From Cyanobacteria bacterium P01_D01_bin.156 (GTDB lineage Bacteria > Cyanobacteriota > Cyanobacteriia > Phormidesmidales > Phormidesmidaceae): a stretch of DNA of 48,923 bases. How positions within the stretch are numbered: the first letter of the stretch is position 1; each line of letters opens with the position of its first letter. Below the pieces are notes generated by a model. It searched no databases. It saw only the letters and a list, made by a program, of their open reading frames with translations, and was not told where the DNA came from. Below, piece after piece: positions 1-6,404 of this stretch. Location of the stretch: contig JBCCQQ010000049.1 of the NCBI GenBank assembly GCA_039024555.1, positions 1 to 48,923 of the forward strand, given 5' to 3'. A program made the position numbers and the translations under genes.

Positions 1-139
1 AAGGGGAACCGTCAGGGAGGGGTCTGGAAAACTAGCGCAAATGGCCGAAGACCCCTCCGCCTAAGGCACCTCCCCTTGTTAAGGGGAGGACGTTGCTTAA
101 TAAAATCCTGCTTGGAATTTTATTTTTGTGCAATCGCCT
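1..139. repeat. REP-like GC-rich palindromic repeat cluster, cut by the window edge
   Basis: Inverted pair GGAGGGGTCT (16-25)/AGACCCCTCC (49-58) and hairpin CCTCCCCTT-gtt-AAGGGGAGG (69-89); AAGGGG at 1-6 looks like the right arm of a preceding hairpin. CCCCTT/AAGGGG hairpins are common intergenic repeats in filamentous cyanobacteria. Confidence 0.6.
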
Positions 140-232
140 AAAAGAGATGCTTGGCTAGTGTTAAAGTTCTCTTGAAGAATCTCTTTTAATCAATAGGTAG
201 AGTCTTATAGGCCTCTGCCTCTTTTGTTTTGG

Positions 233-1201
233 TTATGTATCTAAGGGACTTTTTACACCACGACCGCCACGATTGAGCACATGGGTGTAAATCATGGTTG
301 TTTTAACATCCTTATGGCCTAATAGCTCTTGCACTGTGCGGATATCATAACCATTTTCTAAAAGATGAGTTGCAAAGCTATGGCGAAAGGTATGACAGCC
401 ACCATGTTTTATAATACCCGCCCGATTAATAGCTTTTTTCACTGCTCGTTGTATGGTTCGCTCATAAATATGGTGTCTCCTCACAATCTTGGTTCGAGGA
501 TCGATTGAGCGTTTCCAAGAGGGAAACACAAATTGCCATTTCCACTCGCTATGGGCATTAGGATATTTATGGGCCAATGCATAGGGCAGTTCTACTGTTC
601 CGTACCCCAATGACAGGTCCTGTTCATGGAAGCTTTTAGCTTTCTGCAACTGTTGTTGCAATGGGGCAACTAGTGAGGTGGGTAGCATGGTTCGGCGATC
701 CTTTTGGCCTTTACCATCTCGCACTGTAATTTGGTGATATTCAAAGTCTATGTCCTTGATGCGTAAGCGTAGTCCTTCCATCAAGCGCATACCTGTGCCA
801 TAAAGCAGGCTAGCTATTAGATGTTGAATACCATCCAGGTTAGCTAAGATCCGTTTTGCTTCTGCTTGAGTAAAGACAACTGGTAAGCGTTGAGGACGTT
901 TAGCGCGTTCAATATTGTCTATGTAAGGTAGCTCTATGTCTAAAACTTGACGATAGAGAAATAGCAATGCGCTTAAGGCGACCGTTTGAGTTGATGCTGC
1001 TACATTCCGATGGATTGCAAGGTGTGATAAGTAGGCTCTAATTTCAGATGTCCCCATATCCTTAGGATGTTGCTTGTTATGAAACAAGATGTAATCCCGA
1101 ATGTAGTAGATATAGGACTTTTCAGTGGAAAGGCTAAAGTGCTTCAGACGGGCAACTTCCCTAACCTGATCGAGTAAGCGTGGCGGCTTTGATTGTTCCA
1201 T
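233..1201 (-). CDS. intI: Integron integrase (tyrosine recombinase), 322 aa
   Basis: Catalytic set intact: GMRLME (R), GKGQKDR (K), [12 protein letters not shown] (H-x-x-R), LLGH, TMIYTH (Y). Carries the integron-specific insertion [12 protein letters not shown]...WQFVFPS...RHH and is divergent from a cassette array with attC sites. Confidence 0.97.
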   Translation of the reverse strand: MEQSKPPRLLDQVREVARLKHFSLSTEKSYIYYIRDYILFHNKQHPKDMGTSEIRAYLSHLAIHRNVAASTQTVALSALLFLYRQVLDIELPYIDNIERAKRPQRLPVVFTQAEAKRILANLDGIQHLIASLLYGTGMRLMEGLRLRIKDIDFEYHQITVRDGKGQKDRRTMLPTSLVAPLQQQLQKAKSFHEQDLSLGYGTVELPYALAHKYPNAHSEWKWQFVFPSWKRSIDPRTKIVRRHHIYERTIQRAVKKAINRAGIIKHGGCHTFRHSFATHLLENGYDIRTVQELLGHKDVKTTMIYTHVLNRGGRGVKSPLDT

Positions 1202-1233
1202 CGAACATGTCGTATAACTCCCTGATTGGAGTG

Positions 1234-1408
1234 CTTAACAGTCAAATGTGACGCATAAGCACCCTATTCACCATACTTAACGGTCAAATGTGACGTATAA
1301 CACCCCACTTTCCCGGAATTATGCGTCAAAAATTGTATGTAAGTTCTGTAAATAAGGGTGTTATCACCCAAATGTGACAGATAAGATCCGAAATTATGGG
1401 TCTTATCT
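1234..1408. repeat. Direct and inverted repeats between intI and attI
   Basis: CTTAACRGTCAAATGTGACGYATAA at 1234 and 1276 (42-bp period); partial third copy CAAATGTGAC at 1369; inverted TTATGCGTCA at 1319-1328; inverted pair AGATAAGATCC/GGGTCTTATCT at 1379-1408. Confidence 0.75.
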
Positions 1409-1412
1409 ACCA

Positions 1413-1439
1413 GATCTGACGCTGAATATATAGTTAGCT
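1413..1439 (+). other. Putative attI site, crossover at G/TT 1433-1434
   Basis: Core GTTAGCT at 1433-1439 lies upstream of intI and is the exact complement of the R'' AGCTAAC of the first attC, as expected for the two halves of one integrated cassette. Confidence 0.65.
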
Positions 1440-1571
1440 AGCAAATCGCAAACCTTCCTGAGCGGGCACATTCTTTCTAAAGACAAAAATTTTCCAGTGT
1501 TATGGCAACGTGGTGTTAGGTAGATGTACATTTAGTGCATTGTGATAAATCTAAAAGTAACTTCAGGAAAA

Positions 1572-1955
1572 ATGGGAGAGCTATATTTAGCAATTGATGG
1601 TGATGATGTGGGGCATCGACTCGAATACTTAATGTTGATTAATGAGCGTGAGACTATTTTCGAATTCTCCAAAATCTTTCAAAGTGCTATGAATTGGCTA
1701 GAGATTAAATTAGTGGAAGATTTTGATGCAGATATTATCTTTAATGGAGGTGATAATTTGTTGGCTTGTCTTTCTACAGAAAATCTAACCTCCGAACTTA
1801 TGGAAGAATTAAGAACTGAGTTTGCTAAAAAAGCGGACAGCACCATATCAGTAGGTTTAGGCAATAGTCCGAGACAGGCTTACTTTGCTCTAAAATTGGC
1901 AAAGACGAGTGGCAAAAACTGTATTCGTCATTTTCAGGAACTTGCCAATGGTTAA
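1572..1955 (+). CDS. Minimal CRISPR polymerase (mCpol) domain protein, putative cyclic oligonucleotide synthase, 127 aa
   Basis: YLAIDGDDVG (D9, D11), IIFNGGDN (D61) and C-terminal TISVGLGNSPRQAYFALKLAKTSGKN fit a single small Cas10/GGDEF-like palm of the mCpol family. ATG at 1572 with AGGA RBS preferred over GTG at 1542. Confidence 0.88.
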   Translation: MGELYLAIDGDDVGHRLEYLMLINERETIFEFSKIFQSAMNWLEIKLVEDFDADIIFNGGDNLLACLSTENLTSELMEELRTEFAKKADSTISVGLGNSPRQAYFALKLAKTSGKNCIRHFQELANG

Positions 1956-2679
1956 AACTCTTTTCTTATTTTTGTTTTCTAATCGTGTTGATACATATAT
2001 AAATGCCATTTCATATGCCTACGATGAAATGGAAATTAAAGCGGTCAGACTAGTGTATGTGAAAGGTACAAAAATTGGTCTGAAAGATGATACTCAAGCT
2101 AGTGCTGTGTTTACTGAAATTTGGAGTCGATTACAGGAGTTAGCTGAAAAGACAAACGGTATTTACAAACAAATAAATGAACGTCTACTAGACCGACAGC
2201 TTATACCTATTGAATACTCAAGTTTGAAGATCAGCTTAGGACGCTTATTTAAATTACATGGTGGTCCAAGAAACTGCATCATAGACTTGACAAGTGCTTC
2301 TAAGGTCGCAAGTATTGATGTTTTTACAGTCTGTTTTGCACTGGGGATCAAATCAATTCATACATTTGAGCTAGGGTTGCCATTTGATCCAAAAAGTCCA
2401 GACAAGTTTCTTTATCATGCTCTTTCAAAAAGTGAATATTCGTACACTTGTCTAAGCATCACTCCACCTGTGAGATCTAGTCAGTCATCACTTGTGCGTA
2501 AATCGTCTTTACTCTGGTATGTAGGATGTGTTGCCCTAGTAGTTATGGTTGTTTCACTGTATATCCTTGTAAATCTTGGACCTAATAGTTCATTTGTTCA
2601 GTTTTTAAATTTGACAGCCGCAGTTATTGGATTAGCTTCGCCAGCCTTGGCATTACTTGAGCAACGGCGTGAGCACTAA
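1948..2679 (+). CDS. CARF-like Rossmann-fold protein with two C-terminal transmembrane helices, putative effector, 243 aa
   Basis: ATG at 1948 overlaps the mCpol stop by 8 nt and has an AGGA RBS. Alternating beta/alpha pattern with CIIDLTSASKVASI resembling the CARF D-x-T-x-G-x-K motif; hydrophobic helices LLWYVGCVALVVMVVSLYILVNL and FVQFLNLTAAVIGLASPALALL. Confidence 0.72.
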   Translation: MVKTLFLFLFSNRVDTYINAISYAYDEMEIKAVRLVYVKGTKIGLKDDTQASAVFTEIWSRLQELAEKTNGIYKQINERLLDRQLIPIEYSSLKISLGRLFKLHGGPRNCIIDLTSASKVASIDVFTVCFALGIKSIHTFELGLPFDPKSPDKFLYHALSKSEYSYTCLSITPPVRSSQSSLVRKSSLLWYVGCVALVVMVVSLYILVNLGPNSSFVQFLNLTAAVIGLASPALALLEQRREH

Positions 2680-2685
2680 GATGCT

Positions 2686-2769
2686 AGCTAACACTGCGTT
2701 GCAACGGCGGGAAATAGGCAGTTGGTCAGAATCTAAAGTTACTGCCGCCGTTGAACTTCGCCGTTAGCT
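2686..2769 (+). other. attC site 1 (84 bp)
   Basis: R'' AGCTAAC at 2686-2692 just after the stop codon and R' GTTAGCT at 2763-2769. Inner arms GTTgCAACGGCGG / CCGCCGTTGAAC pair perfectly apart from one extrahelical base. Confidence 0.93.
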
Positions 2770-2818
2770 AACACAGTCAAAACCCTCAAATTCAGACAAG
2801 CGATTCAAGGAGTTTAAT

Positions 2819-3025
2819 ATGGCTTGTAGAGATTGTTCTCGTTGCACAAGATCATTAGCATCCAGAATATTTCGGAGTATGGTTCGGTTTTTTCTAGCAA
2901 TTTGCACCCTATTCGTTTCTGAAATATTGTTGTTTCTCTATCGCATGTTTCTAGCAAAGTGTCCAAATTGTGGGCATGCTCTCAGACATCATCAATTTAC
3001 GACAGATGGGGGCTTCAGAGACTAG
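2819..3025 (+). CDS. Small Cys-rich membrane protein (cassette gene), 68 aa
   Basis: AAGGAG RBS; CRDCSRC at the N-terminus, a central hydrophobic helix and CPNCGHALRHH near the C-terminus; starts 50 bp after attC1. Confidence 0.7.
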   Translation: MACRDCSRCTRSLASRIFRSMVRFFLAICTLFVSEILLFLYRMFLAKCPNCGHALRHHQFTTDGGFRD

Positions 3026-3286
3026 AAACTTAGCCTAACTTCTGCTAACCACCTGACTACGTTTTTAGGAGGTAGTGCTGTTTAACTACGTCGTTATTAC
3101 CCCAGTAATGAAATAGGGTGAGGAGTTTCTAGTCCAAAACCCAGATTTCAGAGGCTTTAAGCAGAAGTCCTTGCCTGTTTGACCACCGGGTTAATAGCTT
3201 TCAGCACCGATGCCTAAACCTTAATACTTCTTGAGTTTTTCACAAGTGACTTAACATAATATTCGCAGTGAATCTTCAAACACCCG

Positions 3287-3751
3287 ATGGTACAAATTTA
3301 TTATCGAGGTATGGCAGCAACGGATGGTAAACCTAAATTAGGTCGTAGCGCTCGTCTTCTGGGTATTAGACCTGGTGTGGACATTGATGTGTCTCATATG
3401 CTGCAAGGTTGGTTAGATTTTCAGGGCTATTTGCATCCTGAAGTAGCACGAGATGATTCAGGTGTAGAGGTGGAAGTCGCTATCAGAAATACAAAAGGCA
3501 TGTCCACATCGCTATCTATTGAAGGGTTACCGGCTTTTCGGAAACCTAAGGCTTTTGGCGGAACAGGGAGAGATCCCTTATGGCGAATTGACAGCAAGTA
3601 CATTAACGGAGATTTAGAAGCCGTCCAAGACAGCCTTACCCATGTCAGCATTATGCCAAGGGTTACAATGTTATTAGAACGATATGAGGCAGCGTTAGCG
3701 GAAACTCAGAACTATTGGCAAAAGGTGGTTGATGATGGCTTGGGTATTTAG
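3287..3751 (+). CDS. Putative Tse2-like ADP-ribosyltransferase-fold toxin, 154 aa
   Basis: YYRGM (R7), GMSTS (S73-T-S75), LPxxRxPxxxGGTGRDPLW and THVSIMP (H119) give an Arg/Ser/His arrangement typical of Tse2-type ART domains. Confidence 0.6.
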   Translation: MVQIYYRGMAATDGKPKLGRSARLLGIRPGVDIDVSHMLQGWLDFQGYLHPEVARDDSGVEVEVAIRNTKGMSTSLSIEGLPAFRKPKAFGGTGRDPLWRIDSKYINGDLEAVQDSLTHVSIMPRVTMLLERYEAALAETQNYWQKVVDDGLGI

Positions 3752-4259
3752 TCTATCGACGGAATGTGGCTCAGAACAAAGCACAGCAGAGCACTTTGCT
3801 CAGCATTTTGAGCCTGTTTCATGGTCTCTATCAAATGGTTCTCAATCCCGGTGCCATTCCACCGTTTTTCAAGATATTGATGAAAACTGGTGGTGTCGAA
3901 TATGTCCTGATGGCATAAGTACAATCGGTATCGAAGCGCCAGACTCAGCCTACTTAATGACTGAGTTAGGTATTTTGCTTTATAAGCACTTGCAGTCTGC
4001 TCCCGCCTTTCGCTACGCCCTAGTCGGACTTGAAGTTGATGAGTTTAGGACATTTGACGAACTACTAAATGTGTCATCTACCCTGAATATACCAGGATTG
4101 GTTTTATCTGAGAGTACTTGGCAGTCACTTGGTTCACTATCGGTATTTAGGGCTTTCAGTTCAGGCTATGTTTGGCAGCCTTACGAAGGGGAAACTTACA
4201 ATCCTTTGACAGTATCTCCATTACTGAAGGAGCAAATGAATCGTCTATTAGCAGCATAG
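3735..4259 (+). CDS. Hypothetical protein, candidate immunity/antitoxin partner
   Basis: Start overlaps the 3' end of the ART-like gene (possible starts 3729/3732/3735); acidic and globular; ends 17 bp before attC2. Confidence 0.6.
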   Translation: MAWVFSLSTECGSEQSTAEHFAQHFEPVSWSLSNGSQSRCHSTVFQDIDENWWCRICPDGISTIGIEAPDSAYLMTELGILLYKHLQSAPAFRYALVGLEVDEFRTFDELLNVSSTLNIPGLVLSESTWQSLGSLSVFRAFSSGYVWQPYEGETYNPLTVSPLLKEQMNRLLAA

Positions 4260-4276
4260 TGGTATTTATCTAAATC

Positions 4277-4360
4277 AGCTAACACTGCGTTGCAACGGCG
4301 GAGCATAAATTAGTCAACTAAATCCAAAGTTACTGCTGCCGCTGACCAGGAACGTTAGAT
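4277..4360 (+). other. attC site 2 (84 bp)
   Basis: R'' AGCTAAC at 4277-4283 and R' GTTAGAT at 4354-4360. The first 25 bp (AGCTAACACTGCGTTGCAACGGCGG) are identical to attC1, and AATCYAAAGTTACTGCYGCCGYTGA is shared. Confidence 0.9.
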
Positions 4361-4375
4361 AAATAGAGACGTGTT

Positions 4376-4418
4376 AAGTTACCTCCTAATTTTACTGTTC
4401 AAAATCAGGGGGTAACTT
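4376..4418. repeat. Long imperfect hairpin just after the last attC
   Basis: AAGTTACCTCCTAATTTT-actgttc-AAAATCAGGGGGTAACTT: 18-bp arms with two mismatches. Confidence 0.6.
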
Positions 4419-4613
4419 CATTGCGGCTTACGATATTCTTCGCATGGCTGGTGTATCGCCTAGGAAGCGAGATTATATGATGCACCTGGTTCCATTCCTC
4501 AAGCAAGAATAAAAACTCACCAAAATCAGTTGCATCCCTCTACCCATCTCAGTCCTTAGCAATCTACCCTCAAGAATCAAGACGGATGACGATAAGTAAA
4601 ATCATTGAAACAA

Positions 4614-5633
4614 TTAATTTTGTCGTGCAGAGGAAGCATTGAGAATTGAGGTAGGCAGACTTTCCATATCAATATCTAAAAACCGATCTAAAGCTAAATA
4701 CATCCAGTAGATAGCAGCTTGGGTATCTAAACCTGTTTTCTGAAACCCTAAAGCTGTGGCTAATGGTTCGTAGTGACGGTGAATAATAAGGGTGTGGAGA
4801 TCACAAAGGTTTGGAAAATCTTGTTGCATGGCCTGTAATGTTGTTTGGGTATCTTGCAGCAATAGTAATGCCTGATTTTCATAACCTTGAGCAATGTTCC
4901 AACTGCGTATAAACAATGTGCGACAGGTATTATCTCCTGCTTTTGCTAAGGTAAACGGGTCTTCTGTGGCCATACTACTCAAGTGTAAGCCTTTGCTGGG
5001 TGGACCAAAAAAGTGGATTTCGGATTCACGAGTGGTGGGATAAAGCAAATAGAATCCAACCGGGTTGAGGTTATCGCTGCGGCGTAGGACTCTCATGCCA
5101 CGGCTGTAACCCTCTGCCCACTGGCGCAGTAGCTCTGTAATGCGGTACGGTACGGCACTGGTGTTATTGTTCATCCAGTTATAGCGACTGGCCAATAAAT
5201 TCGCGACTGGAATGGCATCACAGCGCGGGTCAAACTGGTCGGCAAAGACGTCTGCTGGTTTTGGTTTGGCTTGATATAGTTCCGGCGGTTGGGGAATTGC
5301 GATCGCAAGCGTATTACCATCAAACTGCTTTTGGATCAGACCTAGGGCCATCAGCTTATCCAGCATCATGCCAGCGGAGCGCTCGCTACCCCGTTCAGAC
5401 TCAGCATAAAATAGGGCAGCGGCTTCACGACAGGTACAGTCCACCCACCTATCTACTGGTTGCAGCTGCTTGATATTGGTTGGAGTATCCGCCTGCTTTA
5501 ACTGTAGATATGCCCAAAGGCGCACAAAACAGTCGGCGCGGCGACGGGTCAGCCCCACACGCCCCAAAAGTCGTTGTATATACTCTTGCCGTTGGGATTT
5601 TGGGAAAAACTGATCTAAGTACTCAGGTGTCAT
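4614..5633 (-). CDS. Conserved cyanobacterial hypothetical protein (HTH-like N-terminus, GNAT-like C-terminus)
   Basis: 339-aa ORF. CTCREAAALFY...SERSAGMMLDKLMALGLI resembles a winged helix; VLRR..NPVGFYLLYP, LFIRSW and ALGFQK resemble GNAT strands. Confidence 0.6.
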   Translation of the reverse strand: MTPEYLDQFFPKSQRQEYIQRLLGRVGLTRRRADCFVRLWAYLQLKQADTPTNIKQLQPVDRWVDCTCREAAALFYAESERGSERSAGMMLDKLMALGLIQKQFDGNTLAIAIPQPPELYQAKPKPADVFADQFDPRCDAIPVANLLASRYNWMNNNTSAVPYRITELLRQWAEGYSRGMRVLRRSDNLNPVGFYLLYPTTRESEIHFFGPPSKGLHLSSMATEDPFTLAKAGDNTCRTLFIRSWNIAQGYENQALLLLQDTQTTLQAMQQDFPNLCDLHTLIIHRHYEPLATALGFQKTGLDTQAAIYWMYLALDRFLDIDMESLPTSILNASSARQN

Positions 5634-5777
5634 AGCAATTACGACAGCAATATAGTCAGGATTGTAGTCTGCATAGCTTTATCAATTCTGCGCTAGGGTG
5701 ACAGTCATTGTGCCAATTCCTTGGCCTATCTTCCTAGGTGAACTGGTAAAGTAGCCCTCGTACCGTTTGACTGTCCT

Positions 5778-6281
5778 ATGACCGTTATTGCCGCTCGTAA
5801 AACTAACGACACCATTACCTTTGCGTCCGATTCCATCCTGGTAGCAGGCTATCTCAAGGCGACTGACAAAGAGGTTATTTACAATAAGCTCTTCCAGCAA
5901 AATGACATGGTCATTGGCAGTACGGGGACAGGCTACGAAGGCACCATGATGGAGTTGTTTAGTCGTAACCACCGCCCGGTAGACGGCAGTCGGCTATCGG
6001 TTATCGACTTTTTTGTTGAGTTTCGCGAGTGGATCAACAAGCGCGACACGGGGCATTCCCCAGAGAATGACTATTTAATTGCTTATGATAAGAAGCTATT
6101 TCGCACCTACGGTGGCTTAGACATCTACGAAGTACCCGAATTTGAAGCGGTGGGTGCAGGCGAGGATTTTGCAAAAGCTGCGTTGCACCTGGGGCATACT
6201 CCCCGGGAAGCGGTGGAAGTGGCCTGTAAGCTCTCTATTTATTGTAGTGAACCCATCTCTGAAATCACGGTAGAAATCTGA
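5778..6281 (+). CDS. HslV/proteasome beta-subunit-like Ntn hydrolase, 167 aa
   Basis: M-T-V-I-A start gives an N-terminal Thr; ASDS places Asp at mature position 17; NKLF Lys, IGSTG and AVGAG...AKAAL...EAVEVAC follow the proteasome beta pattern. Confidence 0.78.
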   Translation: MTVIAARKTNDTITFASDSILVAGYLKATDKEVIYNKLFQQNDMVIGSTGTGYEGTMMELFSRNHRPVDGSRLSVIDFFVEFREWINKRDTGHSPENDYLIAYDKKLFRTYGGLDIYEVPEFEAVGAGEDFAKAALHLGHTPREAVEVACKLSIYCSEPISEITVEI

Positions 6282-6404
6282 AGGAACATCAGACAATGGG
6301 CCATAGGCCGTGGGCAACGGAGAGTAATTTTGTCGGAGCATGCCCTTGTGGGTGCCCCAGGAAAACCGTTACAGCCCAACCAATTCTCCCCAGGCTTTAC
6401 CCTT

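Noticed and set aside
1202..1215. CGAACATGTCGTAT as a LexA box at the intI start
   Set aside because: Only one half-site; it matches neither the Gram-positive nor the cyanobacterial consensus.
1234..1384. Direct repeats upstream of the mCpol gene as a mini CRISPR array
   Set aside because: Only two good copies with about 11 bp between them, far too short for spacers, and no cas genes are present.
1515..1521. GTTAGGT as an alternative attI core
   Set aside because: It fits GTTRRRY but does not complement the R'' (AGCTAAC) of attC1, whereas GTTAGCT at 1433 does.
1572..1955. Ordinary diguanylate cyclase (GGDEF) fragment
   Set aside because: It has DGDDVG and GGDN rather than DIDxFKxxND and GGDEF, and is coupled to a CARF-like gene; mCpol fits better.
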